DNA of 32,000 nt from Breznakia sp. PF5-3 (lineage in GTDB: Bacteria; Bacillota_I; Bacilli_A; Erysipelotrichales; Erysipelotrichaceae), in NCBI RefSeq assembly GCF_029504745.1, contig NZ_JAQFIQ010000019.1:12294-44293 (forward strand), read 5' to 3'. This document shows, piece after piece, positions 1-8,723 of the stretch; position 1 is the first letter of the stretch; each line of letters begins with the position of its first letter. A program made the position numbers and the translations under genes. Under the pieces are notes generated by a model, which was not told where the DNA came from, did no database searches, and saw only the letters and a list, made by a program, of their open reading frames with translations.

Positions 1-1
1 T

Positions 2-307
2 CGTAATTCAATTCCTTTGGGTAATGCAAATTCATGGTATAGTAGTTATGGTGGAAGTAAAGGACAAACACCTAGAGCAAATGCAATTGTAGTATGGAGT
101 TTTGGCGCATATGGACATGTTGCATTTGTAGAGTCATACAGCAATGGTACAATCACAATCTCGGAAGGCAATGTGAATGCACCAGGCGGTGGATTAGGAT
201 ACTGGACATCCCTTGAAACAGCGATAAAATATACGCAAGTTTCAACATTGTCATATTCTGATTTAGTGGCTTTTCGTGGAAGACCAGTAGGATTCATTTA
301 TTTTTAA
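2..307 (+). CDS. CHAP-domain cell-wall hydrolase/amidase, C-terminal fragment (5' end outside window)
   Basis: The frame is open from base 2; the TTG at 17 in the ORF track is only the first start-like codon. The translation has the His/acidic half of a CHAP fold ('VVWSFGAYGHVAFVESYSNGTITISEGNVN'). The catalytic Cys segment would lie upstream of the window. Stop at 305-307 is followed by a terminator hairpin. Confidence 0.7.
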   Translation, partial: RNSIPLGNANSWYSSYGGSKGQTPRANAIVVWSFGAYGHVAFVESYSNGTITISEGNVNAPGGGLGYWTSLETAIKYTQVSTLSYSDLVAFRGRPVGFIYF

Positions 308-326
308 ATGATTCATTTATAAAAAT

Positions 327-360
327 AAATAGGGCGTTCAAAGAGAATGCCCTATTTTTG
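327..360 (+). terminator. Rho-independent terminator after the CHAP gene
   Basis: AAATAGGGC (327-335) pairs perfectly with GCCCTATTT (349-357), with a 13-nt loop and trailing T's. Confidence 0.7.
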
Positions 361-455
361 TTTGAAATTTAATACTCCAATATTAGTCGTGGACACAAAT
401 GCTATATTATGGGTGGATATGATATGATAATGTTAGAAGAAGAGGTGTATACATT

Positions 456-998
456 ATGGAGAAGCAAGGTATATATATAAGAGAATTAACGGTGACAGAT
501 ATAGATGCGCTGTTATCGTATGAGATAAAAAATCGTGATTTTTTAAAGGATACCATTCCTTTAAAAGCAGATATTTATTACACACTAGCTGGACAACAAC
601 AGCGTCTTGAGAATATCTTAACATGTAAGATGAATGACTTGGGATATTCGTATGGTGTTTTTTTGAAAAAAGATCATACGCTAATTGGTACAATTGATTT
701 GTTCCAAGTAGAGCGTGGACCTTTGCAAAGTGCATGGCTAGGGTATGCATTGGATAAAGATTACCAGGGGTATGGATATACAACACAAGGCGTTCGTGAG
801 GTCATTGAGATAGGTTTTAATGATTTACAATTGCATCGAATTGAGGCAGGAGCAATGCCAAGAAATGAAGCTTCTATTAGAGTACTAGAAAAAACAGGCT
901 TCCAAAAAGAAGGCTTGTCTTTGAAAAATGTACAAATAAATGGGAAATGGGAAGATCATTATCTATTTGCAATTCTTAATCCTAACTCTAATATTTAA
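456..998 (+). CDS. GNAT family N-acetyltransferase (RimJ/RimL-like)
   Basis: 180 aa. The acetyl-CoA binding core is 'LGYALDKDYQGYGYTTQGVREVIEIGF', followed by 'LHRIEAGAMPRNEASIRVLEKTGFQKEG', typical of the RimJ/RimL subgroup. SD AGAGGTG at 441-447 lies 8 nt before the ATG. Confidence 0.85.
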   Translation: MEKQGIYIRELTVTDIDALLSYEIKNRDFLKDTIPLKADIYYTLAGQQQRLENILTCKMNDLGYSYGVFLKKDHTLIGTIDLFQVERGPLQSAWLGYALDKDYQGYGYTTQGVREVIEIGFNDLQLHRIEAGAMPRNEASIRVLEKTGFQKEGLSLKNVQINGKWEDHYLFAILNPNSNI

Positions 999-1015
999 AG
1001 TTCATATAATTGCTG

Positions 1016-1044
1016 AAAAACAGATTTAACGAATCTGTTTTTTT
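1016..1044 (+). terminator. Rho-independent terminator after the GNAT gene
   Basis: AAAAACAGATT (1016-1026) pairs with AATCTGTTTTT (1032-1042), with a 5-nt loop and a T-run to 1044. Confidence 0.75.
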
Positions 1045-1119
1045 AATGAGCACTAAAATTGCGAAAGCGAAGGAACAACGTTATCATTAAGTTAACAAGG
1101 ATATTTAGGAGGAATAAAG

Positions 1120-1965
1120 GTGAAAGAAAGAACAATTAAAAAGCTAGTTAAAGGGCAACATGCGATTGATGGTGCTGGAGTACATTTAGTAAGGGTTATT
1201 GGATATAATGATGTGAAAGATTTTGATCCTTTTTTAATGTTAGATTCTTTTGATTCTAAACAACCCGATGATTATATTAAGGGGTTCCCTATGCATCCAC
1301 ACCGTGGGATAGAAACGGTTACTTATTTAATCAAGGGTAATATTGAACATCAAGATAGTCTTGGTAATAAAGGTAGTATTGATAATGGGGAAAGTCAGTG
1401 GATGAGTGCTGGCAGTGGGATTTTACATCAAGAGATGCCACAGCCAAGTGAACATTTATTGGGGTTGCAACTATGGATTAATCTACCACGAAAAGATAAA
1501 ATGAGTAATCCACACTATATGGATATCAGGACAAATGATATTCAAGTAATGAAAGAAGAACATGCTACGATTCGTATTGTATCAGGAGAATATAATGGGA
1601 TGAAAGGTATTCAACCTAGATATGTTGATGCTTATATATTTGATGTAAGTGTTGATGAAAATTATGAAGTTACAATACCTACTCGCGAAGTAGATAATGT
1701 TTTTATTTTTACTATTCAAGGAGACATAGAAATTGGTGGAAAACACATCGAAGAGAAAACAGCAGTTTTATTTGATATGGGAGATAAAATCCGTATCAAA
1801 GGAAAATCAAAAGACACTAGATTCATTTACTTTGCTGGAAAACCACTTCATGAGCCAATTGCTTGGGGTGGACCAATTGTAACTAACACACGTGAAGAAT
1901 TGGAATTAGCTTTTGATGAATTGAATAACGGAACATTTATTAAGCATAATGCTATGGAAAGGTAA
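1120..1965 (+). CDS. Pirin family protein (bicupin)
   Basis: 281 aa. Pirin metal-binding motifs 'HPHRGIETVTYL' and 'QLWINLP' are present. GTG start lies 7 nt after a perfect AGGAGG (1107-1112). Confidence 0.9.
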   Translation: MKERTIKKLVKGQHAIDGAGVHLVRVIGYNDVKDFDPFLMLDSFDSKQPDDYIKGFPMHPHRGIETVTYLIKGNIEHQDSLGNKGSIDNGESQWMSAGSGILHQEMPQPSEHLLGLQLWINLPRKDKMSNPHYMDIRTNDIQVMKEEHATIRIVSGEYNGMKGIQPRYVDAYIFDVSVDENYEVTIPTREVDNVFIFTIQGDIEIGGKHIEEKTAVLFDMGDKIRIKGKSKDTRFIYFAGKPLHEPIAWGGPIVTNTREELELAFDELNNGTFIKHNAMER

Positions 1966-1977
1966 TGAGGTGATAAA

Positions 1978-2439
1978 ATGTTAGAAGTAGGACAAAAAGC
2001 GTTTGATTTTGATTTATTTGATAAGGATGGAATAAAACATAAATTAAGTGATTATCTTGGGAAAAAGGTAGTCGTGTATTTCTATCCCAAAGATGATACT
2101 CCAGGATGTGTGAAAGAAGCTTGTGCATTTCGAAACGCATTTCAAGACTTTAAAGATAGAGATGTTGTCGTTATTGGAATAAGTAAAGATTCTCAAGAAT
2201 CGCATCGGAAATTTGCTGAGAAATATAATTTACCATTTATTATTCTATCAGATCCTGAGTTAGAAGCGATTCAAGCGTATGGAGTATGGGTTGAAAAGAA
2301 TATGTATGGTAAAAAATATATGGGAGTTAATCGATCAACTTTTATTGTTGATGAACAAGGAGAAATCATAAAGGTATATAAAAAAGCTACCCCAGATAAG
2401 AATGCTGAAGAAATCATTGCTTTCTTAGAAGGGAAATAA
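1978..2439 (+). CDS. bcp: Thioredoxin-dependent thiol peroxidase (Bcp-type peroxiredoxin)
   Basis: 153 aa. 'FYPKDDTPGCVKEAC' carries the peroxidatic Cys and a resolving Cys five residues later, as in Bcp/PrxQ. SD GAGGTGA sits upstream. The gene is 12 nt downstream of pirin, so they are probably co-transcribed. Confidence 0.9.
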   Translation: MLEVGQKAFDFDLFDKDGIKHKLSDYLGKKVVVYFYPKDDTPGCVKEACAFRNAFQDFKDRDVVVIGISKDSQESHRKFAEKYNLPFIILSDPELEAIQAYGVWVEKNMYGKKYMGVNRSTFIVDEQGEIIKVYKKATPDKNAEEIIAFLEGK

Positions 2440-2468
2440 AAAGTTGTACGAATTGTACAACTTTTTTG
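2438..2468. terminator. Bidirectional terminator between convergent bcp and the ABC transporter gene
   Basis: AAGTTGTAC (2441-2449) pairs with GTACAACTT (2455-2463), with a 5-nt loop. It is flanked by an A-run on the left and a T-run on the right, so it reads as hairpin plus U-run on either strand. Confidence 0.8.
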
Positions 2469-4793
2469 TTATTCTGAACGCAATGCTTCAACTGGATCTT
2501 TTTTTGCTGCTAGTTTAGCGGGGATAAAACCACCAATCAAAGTAAGAATTAGGCTAATTGCAATTAGAATAAGTGCATGGATTGGATTTAATTTAGCTAC
2601 GTTTGCTAATCCAGACATATTTTCAATAATTGCATTGGCAGGAATTGTAAGTAATTGTGCAATACCAATACCTATCAAACCAGAACATAATCCAATAATA
2701 AATGTTTCAGCATTGAAAACACGTGTAATATCTTTTTTTCTTGCTCCAAGTGCACGTAAGATACCAATTTCTTTCGTTCTTTCTAATACTGATATATATG
2801 TGATAATTCCAATCATAATACTTGATACAATTAAGGAAATGGCTGAGAAAGCAATTAGTACAATAGTGATAGCACTCATAATATCTCCAGAGAGTGAAGA
2901 AATCATTTCGGCCATATCTGTATATTGAATAGTGTCTTCTGCATCTTTTCCTTCATTGTATGCATCTAGGTAATCTAAAACATGGTCTTTTGATTCGAAA
3001 TCCTTAGGATAGATGTAAACTGCAACAGGTGTTGATTCAGCTCCTAAATATCCCATCATTGTTTCTTTTGTATTTGTACTACCGTCTTTAGTATCAAAAG
3101 GTTGTCCAGTAAGGACATTGTAATCTCTTTTTTCTTGTTCTTTTACAATTTCTGAGTTTTGGTTTTTTTCAATGATTGTATCGATAACAGCATTTGTATA
3201 TGCTAATCCACTACCATTTGTAATCATTTCTTTATCTTCTTTTCCCCGAATGATTGCTTGTATTTTTAAAGTAATAGATTTTTCACTCTTATACATTTTT
3301 TCATAATCGGTATTGATCATAAAATGATTGCCAACGTTGTTATAGTAATCTTCATTTAAGATAACCTTTACTTCTTTGCTCATAATTTCGTCAAAAGTTA
3401 AAGATTCAATATCCTCATCATCAAAACCAAGTTGTTTTAATGCGCTTTTTGATAATTGATTTTTTGCATCTACTTGAAGTACCAAACCTGGTTTTGTTTC
3501 ATCTACTTCTCCTGCTAAAGTATCATACAAGCTTTCAATAATTCCAGAGTTGTCATTGTTATTTGGTTCAGTAGGTAAGAGTGTCCATTGGTCAAATTGA
3601 CTTGAGAAATCAATTAAACTGTAACCATTTTTATCACTGTAATTAATGATATTCATTGCAGTGGTTTTTTGATATGAAATACCAGATAAATATTTTTGAT
3701 CAAGTTTCTCAATATATTCGATATATTCTGGCGTGATGTTGTTTGTATGCATCATCGTATCACGCATATCCTCTTGAGCATAAATTTTCTTCTTATTCGT
3801 ATACTTTTTCAAATCCTCATCACCCTCACCAGAAGCATTAGCTAGAGTTTCAGAATCCATTTGCATGGATTGTGTAGAAACAGTAATTGGCATTTGGGAC
3901 AAAGAATCTTTTTCAAATGCATCAATTTCCATTTGGAACCCATTGGATAGAGCTAATATTAAAGCAATTCCAATAATTCCTATACTAGATGCGAAGGAGG
4001 TTAAGATGGTTCTTCCTTTTTTTGTTCGTATGTTATTGAAAGATAATTTTAGAGCAGCAATATAGCTCATTGCCGTTTTTACAATATTAAATTGTGAGCT
4101 ATCTTCTTCGTCTTTTTCGATAGGATTAGAATCACTTAATACCTCACCATCTTTTAATTCAATAATGCGATTTGCATATGTATTTGCTAACTCTGGATTA
4201 TGGGTAACCATAATAACAAGTTTATCTTTGGCAATTTCGCGAATCAATTCCATGATTTGTACACTGGTTTCACTATCAAGTGCACCTGTAGGTTCATCCG
4301 CGAGAATAACATCAGGGTCATTTGCTAGTGCTCTAGCAATGGCAACCCTTTGCATCTGTCCACCAGATAATTGATTAGGCTTTTTATGTACATGGTCTTT
4401 TAAACCAACTTTTTCCAGTACTTCCATAGCTTTTGCTTTTCTAGCAGCAGAACCAATACCACTAAGTGTCATCCCCATTTCTACATTAGCTAAGATAGAA
4501 ATATGAGTAATTAGATTATAGCTTTGAAAGATAAAGCCAATACAGTTATTGCGATAGGCATCCCAATCCTTATCTTTGAAGCTTTTTGTACTTTTGTTGT
4601 TGATAATTAAATCACCTGAATCATAACGATCCAGTCCACCAATAATGTTTAACATCGTAGTTTTTCCACTACCAGACTGTCCAAGTACTGCCACAAATTC
4701 ATTTTTTCTAAAAGAAAGGGAAACATTTTTTAAGGCATCTTGGGTGAAGTCTCCAGTTTTATAGCTTTTTTTAATTCTATTCAGTTTTAACAT
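2469..4793 (-). CDS. Fused ABC transporter: MacB/LolD-type ATPase plus FtsX-type permease with a large extracytoplasmic domain
   Basis: 774 aa. N-terminal NBD has Walker A 'GQSGSGKTT', signature 'LSGGQMQR' and Walker B 'VILADEPTGALD'. TM1 is at about aa 262-285. A hydrophilic domain of about 350 aa follows. The C-terminal three-TM FtsX module runs from about aa 640 and ends '...KLAAKKDPVEALRSE'. GGAGG lies 9 nt upstream of the ATG. Confidence 0.9.
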   Translation of the reverse strand: MLKLNRIKKSYKTGDFTQDALKNVSLSFRKNEFVAVLGQSGSGKTTMLNIIGGLDRYDSGDLIINNKSTKSFKDKDWDAYRNNCIGFIFQSYNLITHISILANVEMGMTLSGIGSAARKAKAMEVLEKVGLKDHVHKKPNQLSGGQMQRVAIARALANDPDVILADEPTGALDSETSVQIMELIREIAKDKLVIMVTHNPELANTYANRIIELKDGEVLSDSNPIEKDEEDSSQFNIVKTAMSYIAALKLSFNNIRTKKGRTILTSFASSIGIIGIALILALSNGFQMEIDAFEKDSLSQMPITVSTQSMQMDSETLANASGEGDEDLKKYTNKKKIYAQEDMRDTMMHTNNITPEYIEYIEKLDQKYLSGISYQKTTAMNIINYSDKNGYSLIDFSSQFDQWTLLPTEPNNNDNSGIIESLYDTLAGEVDETKPGLVLQVDAKNQLSKSALKQLGFDDEDIESLTFDEIMSKEVKVILNEDYYNNVGNHFMINTDYEKMYKSEKSITLKIQAIIRGKEDKEMITNGSGLAYTNAVIDTIIEKNQNSEIVKEQEKRDYNVLTGQPFDTKDGSTNTKETMMGYLGAESTPVAVYIYPKDFESKDHVLDYLDAYNEGKDAEDTIQYTDMAEMISSLSGDIMSAITIVLIAFSAISLIVSSIMIGIITYISVLERTKEIGILRALGARKKDITRVFNAETFIIGLCSGLIGIGIAQLLTIPANAIIENMSGLANVAKLNPIHALILIAISLILTLIGGFIPAKLAAKKDPVEALRSE

Positions 4794-4814
4794 TTACTTC
4801 TTCCTCCATAAAAT

Positions 4815-4843
4815 AAATAGTAGTTACTTTGTAATTACTATTT
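4815..4843. promoter_or_regulatory. 13-bp inverted repeat straddling the predicted transcription start of the ABC transporter gene (candidate operator or 5' stem-loop)
   Basis: AAATAGTAGTTAC (4815-4827), loop ttt, GTAATTACTATTT (4831-4843). There is one mismatch in 13. It sits between the -10 box (4846-4851) and the SD. Confidence 0.3.
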
Positions 4844-4845
4844 AT

Positions 4846-4874
4846 ACTATACGCCGTATAATACCATATGTCAA
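4846..4874 (-). promoter_or_regulatory. Sigma-A type promoter of the fused ABC transporter gene
   Basis: The minus strand reads TTGACA (4874-4869), a 17-nt spacer, then TATAGT (4851-4846). The -35 is perfect, the spacing ideal and the -10 is 5/6. Confidence 0.7.
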
Positions 4875-4940
4875 CCATTATTTGTCTTAATGTGTTAATA
4901 CAAAAAATTATACACCGCTAACATTATAATTGCAATGCTA

Positions 4941-4968
4941 AATAAAAAACTACCATCATGGTAGTTTT
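4941..4968 (-). terminator. Rho-independent terminator of the alpha/beta hydrolase gene
   Basis: AAAACTACCA (4946-4955) pairs with TGGTAGTTTT (4959-4968). On the minus strand the hairpin is followed by TTTTATT. It overlaps the stop codon at 4967-4969. Confidence 0.8.
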
Positions 4969-5893
4969 ATAGATATTTTTTTATAAAGTTATCGACCGTT
5001 TTCCAATAACGTTTAGGATTTACTAAATGAGATTGTGCGTGTCCAGCTCCTTTGATAACAAGTTTCTCTTTTTCAACTGATGATTCTTTATAAAGCTCAT
5101 CTAACATATAGAAGGGTACAAAGGTATCTTTATCCCCGTGGATGAATAGGGTTGGGGTCTTTGACTTTCCTAATTGATCAATGGCTCCTTGTTTTAAATC
5201 ATATCCAGCTCTAATTTGAGTGATGATATTTGCAGAATCTAAAAACGGGTGATCTGGTAAGGAAAAAATAGAATCTAATTGATATGAAAAGATATCCCAT
5301 GTACTTGTATATCCACAATCTTCAATAGCAACTTTCACATTGTCAGGTAATTTCTCTCCTGTGGTATTCATTACCGTAGCAGCCCCCATGCTGACCCCGT
5401 ATAAAACAATTTTATATTCACTATTCTCTTTTACTAATTCTTTAATCCAGGCCTGTATATCTTTTCGATCATCCCATCCCATTCCAATATAGTCTCCATC
5501 TGATGAACCATGTCCTCGTAAATCAACAGCCAATACATTATATCCCGCTTGGAAGAAATGCTCTGCACTAATTCCCATTTGGTTTGCTTCTGATATATAC
5601 CCATGTACGACAATGACATAGATATCACTGTTTTGCTTGAAATCGTATGCATGTAAGTTTAAATCATCGTTTTCGATGTATCGATCTTCATATTTTTGAT
5701 TTTCGAAAAAGGTGTTTATTTCATCAAAGTCGGTATTATTTTCAGTTTTATCATTATTAAAAACAATACTTTTATCACTATCTGGGTTTAAAGCTAAATC
5801 ATAAAAATAATTACCAATAAAGCCCATAATGGCAATGAAGGAAATAAAAAAGACTAATGTTACAGCAATTATAATTTTTGTTCTTTTTTTCAT
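4967..5893 (-). CDS. Membrane-anchored alpha/beta hydrolase (serine hydrolase)
   Basis: 308 aa. It has one N-terminal TM ('IIIAVTLVFFISFIAIMGFIG'), an oxyanion 'VHGY', the nucleophile elbow 'GVSMG', a late 'HGDKD', and 'GAGHA' supplying the His. GGAG lies upstream of the ATG. Confidence 0.85.
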   Translation of the reverse strand: MKKRTKIIIAVTLVFFISFIAIMGFIGNYFYDLALNPDSDKSIVFNNDKTENNTDFDEINTFFENQKYEDRYIENDDLNLHAYDFKQNSDIYVIVVHGYISEANQMGISAEHFFQAGYNVLAVDLRGHGSSDGDYIGMGWDDRKDIQAWIKELVKENSEYKIVLYGVSMGAATVMNTTGEKLPDNVKVAIEDCGYTSTWDIFSYQLDSIFSLPDHPFLDSANIITQIRAGYDLKQGAIDQLGKSKTPTLFIHGDKDTFVPFYMLDELYKESSVEKEKLVIKGAGHAQSHLVNPKRYWKTVDNFIKKYL

Positions 5894-5917
5894 AGTTTAT
5901 AATCTCCAATAGTAAGT

Positions 5918-5926
5918 ATTATATCA
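5918..5926 (-). promoter_or_regulatory. Extended -10 promoter of the hydrolase gene
   Basis: The minus strand reads TGaTATAAT. There is no good -35. It lies about 25 nt upstream of the ATG at 5893. Confidence 0.5.
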
Positions 5927-6040
5927 TAAAGTGCCGATGTTTATTGAGTAAAATAAAGGTTATGAAAAAAGTATGAAAACGCTTGAAAAAAAGAGGTAAA
6001 ATTTTCAGTTTTATCTGTGTCAAAACGAATTAATAATAGG

Positions 6041-6046
6041 TATAAT
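6041..6046 (+). promoter_or_regulatory. Candidate -10 box for nrdD
   Basis: Perfect TATAAT 46 nt upstream of the nrdD ATG. The -35 position (TGTCAA, 6018-6023) is poor. Confidence 0.4.
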
Positions 6047-6091
6047 AGATGCATAGCGTTCGTAAATAGAAGAAGCATACAGGGGGTTATT

Positions 6092-8224
6092 ATGAGCTTA
6101 GAAAATGTTAGAATTATTAAGAAAGACAATACACTTGAAAGGTTTAATATCAATAAAGTTGTCGTGGCTGTCAATAAGTCAGCTTTTCGTACACTTTATT
6201 CTTTTAAGAGTGAGGAAATTGATCGTATTTGTGATGACGTTGAAACAAAAGTGTCAGCAATAAATCGTGACAAAATAACGATTCAGGAGATGCACAATAT
6301 CGTGGAAGCAGCTTTAGAGATGACAAATCCTAAGGTAGCTAAGAGTTATCGTGATTATCGTAATTACAAGAGTGATTTTGTACAAATGTTAGATGATGTG
6401 TATAAGAAATCACAAAGTATCATGTATATTGGAGATAAAGAAAATTCAAATACTGATAGTGCTTTGGTTTCAACAAAGCGTAGTCTGATTTTTAATGAGC
6501 TAAATAAAGAGTTATATAAGAAGTTTTTTTTAACGACGGAAGAGTTGCAAGCAGCACGTGAAGGATATATTTATATTCACGATATGAGTGCTCGCCGTGA
6601 TACGATGAACTGTTGTTTATTTGATGTTGAAAATGTATTGAGCGGTGGTTTTGAGATGGGAAATCTCTGGTATAACGAACCAAAGACATTAGATGTTGCC
6701 TTTGATGTAATTGGGGATATCGTACTTAGTGCTGCTTCCCAACAATATGGAGGTTTTACGGTTCCTAATGTAGACTTGATTTTAAAACCTTATGCAGAGA
6801 AATCTTATAAGTTGTATGTTGATAAATACTTAGCTTTAGGATTAGATAAAAATAAAGCTGAAGAAATTTCGGTCAAGGACGTAGAAAGAGATTTCGAACA
6901 AGGTTTCCAAGGTTGGGAATATAAATTTAATTCAGTTTCTAGTAGCCGTGGAGATTATCCATTCATCACTGTTACTATTGGTACAGGAACAAGTCGTTTT
7001 GAAAAGATGGCAAATATCCAAATGCTAAATGTTAGAAAAGAAGGACAAGGGAAGAAGGGGCATAAAAAACCTGTTTTATTTCCAAAGATTGTTTTCTGCT
7101 ATGATAAGAATCTTCATGGTGAAGGTAAACCATTGGAAGATGTATTTGAAGCTGGAATCGCTTGTTCTGCTAAAACGATGTATCCAGATTGGTTGAGTTT
7201 AAGTGGTGAAGGATATGTTGCAGATATCTATAAGCAATATGGAGAAATTATATCGCCAATGGGATGTCGTGCATTCTTATCACCATATTATCGTCGTGGT
7301 GGTATGAAACCTGCAGATGAAAACGATAGTCCATATTATGTGGGGCGCTTTAATATTGGGGCAATCTCACTTCATTTACCAATGATCTTGGCGAAAGCCC
7401 AACAAGAAAGTCGTGATTTTTATGAAGTGCTTGATTACTATTTAGAATTAATCCGTAATTTGCACTTGCGTACATATGATTATTTAGGTGAAATGAAAGC
7501 AAGTGTAAATCCTTTGGCATATTGTGAAGGTGGATTCGCAGGTGGCAATTTAGGACTTCATGATAAGATTAAACCTTTATTAAAGAGTGCAACAGCATCG
7601 TTTGGAATTACAGCGTTAAATGAACTTCAGGAGTTATATAATAAAAAATCTTTAGTAGAAGATGGAGAATTTGCAATTAAAACTTTAGAGTATATCAATA
7701 AACGGGTAAATGATTTTAAAGAAGAAGATGGTCGTTTATATGCAATCTATGGTACACCAGCAGAAAACTTATGTGGGCTTCAAGTGCAACAATTTAGAAA
7801 AAAATATGGGGTTATTGAAAATGTAAGTGATCGTGAATATGTAAGTAATAGTTTTCACTGTCATGTTTCAGAGGAGATAACACCAATTGAGAAACAAAAC
7901 TTAGAAAAGCGTTTCTGGGATTTATCCAATGGTGGTAAAATTCAGTATGTTAAGTATCCAATCGGATATAATACAGGTGCAATTAAAACATTGGTTCGTA
8001 GAGCAATGGATTTAGGTTTTTATGAAGGTGTGAATTTATCGCTATCATATTGTGATGATTGTGGTCACGAGGAATTAGAGATGGATGTATGTCCAAACTG
8101 TGGTAGTTCAAACTTGACGAAGATTGATCGTATGAATGGGTACCTTTCTTATTCAAGAGTTAAGGGAGATACACGTTTAAATGATGCGAAAATGGCAGAA
8201 ATCAAAGAGAGGAAATCAATGTAA
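6092..8224 (+). CDS. nrdD: Anaerobic ribonucleoside-triphosphate reductase (class III RNR)
   Basis: N-terminal ATP-cone ('VRIIKKDNTLERFNINKV...'), a C-terminal Zn ribbon 'CDDCGHE...CPNCGS' and the glycyl-radical motif 'RMNGYLSYS'. I moved the start to the ATG at 6092, which is 5 nt after AGGGGG at 6081-6086. The extra 25 codons in the ORF track have no SD and overlap the promoter. Confidence 0.92.
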   Translation: MSLENVRIIKKDNTLERFNINKVVVAVNKSAFRTLYSFKSEEIDRICDDVETKVSAINRDKITIQEMHNIVEAALEMTNPKVAKSYRDYRNYKSDFVQMLDDVYKKSQSIMYIGDKENSNTDSALVSTKRSLIFNELNKELYKKFFLTTEELQAAREGYIYIHDMSARRDTMNCCLFDVENVLSGGFEMGNLWYNEPKTLDVAFDVIGDIVLSAASQQYGGFTVPNVDLILKPYAEKSYKLYVDKYLALGLDKNKAEEISVKDVERDFEQGFQGWEYKFNSVSSSRGDYPFITVTIGTGTSRFEKMANIQMLNVRKEGQGKKGHKKPVLFPKIVFCYDKNLHGEGKPLEDVFEAGIACSAKTMYPDWLSLSGEGYVADIYKQYGEIISPMGCRAFLSPYYRRGGMKPADENDSPYYVGRFNIGAISLHLPMILAKAQQESRDFYEVLDYYLELIRNLHLRTYDYLGEMKASVNPLAYCEGGFAGGNLGLHDKIKPLLKSATASFGITALNELQELYNKKSLVEDGEFAIKTLEYINKRVNDFKEEDGRLYAIYGTPAENLCGLQVQQFRKKYGVIENVSDREYVSNSFHCHVSEEITPIEKQNLEKRFWDLSNGGKIQYVKYPIGYNTGAIKTLVRRAMDLGFYEGVNLSLSYCDDCGHEELEMDVCPNCGSSNLTKIDRMNGYLSYSRVKGDTRLNDAKMAEIKERKSM

Positions 8225-8715
8225 TGAGATATCATAATATCACAAAGGATGATATGTTGAATGGTGAAGGTTTACGCTCTGTATTGTGGTTAGCAGGTTG
8301 TTCTCATGCGTGTAAAGGTTGTCATAATCCTGTTACATGGAGTTTGCAAGGTGGTTTGGCATTTGATGAAGATGCTAAAGCAGAGTTGTTTGCATCCTTA
8401 CATCATGATTACATAGATGGTGTTACTTTGAGTGGAGGAGACCCGCTTCATCCAGAAAATCGTAAAGATGTTCACGATTTAGTGAAGGAACTAAAAGAAA
8501 AGTTTCCTAAAAAGACAATTTGGTTATATACTGGATACGAGTATGCTGAAATCGTTGATTTGGATTTGCTTGCTTATATTGATGTGGTAGTGGATGGAAA
8601 ATTTATTGAAGAACAATTAAGTCCAAACACACATTGGGTAGGAAGTAGCAATCAAAAAGTGATTGATGTACAAGCTAGTAGAGCATTGAAACAAATTGTT
8701 TTATACAAGGAATAG
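8224..8715 (+). CDS. nrdG: Anaerobic RNR activating protein (radical SAM)
   Basis: 163 aa with the 'CSHACKGCHNP' CX3CX2C cluster and 'GVTLSGGDPL'. The start overlaps the nrdD stop (TAATG). Confidence 0.9.
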   Translation: MRYHNITKDDMLNGEGLRSVLWLAGCSHACKGCHNPVTWSLQGGLAFDEDAKAELFASLHHDYIDGVTLSGGDPLHPENRKDVHDLVKELKEKFPKKTIWLYTGYEYAEIVDLDLLAYIDVVVDGKFIEEQLSPNTHWVGSSNQKVIDVQASRALKQIVLYKE

Positions 8716-8723
8716 GAGAACAA

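Noticed and set aside
1046-1090. A 14-codon ORF (MSTKIAKAKEQRYH) between the GNAT terminator and pirin.
   Set aside because: Its ATG sits in the terminator T-run with no SD. It is too short and featureless to support.
6017-6091. 5' extensions of track ORFs using upstream or non-ATG starts: nrdD 6017, rmuC 9929 (TTG), marR-family 11306 (GTG), ABC2 14018 (TTG) and mraZ 24818 (GTG).
   Set aside because: In each case a downstream ATG has a properly spaced SD. The extension also overlaps a promoter, SD or operator element, and the extra residues are not part of the conserved protein.
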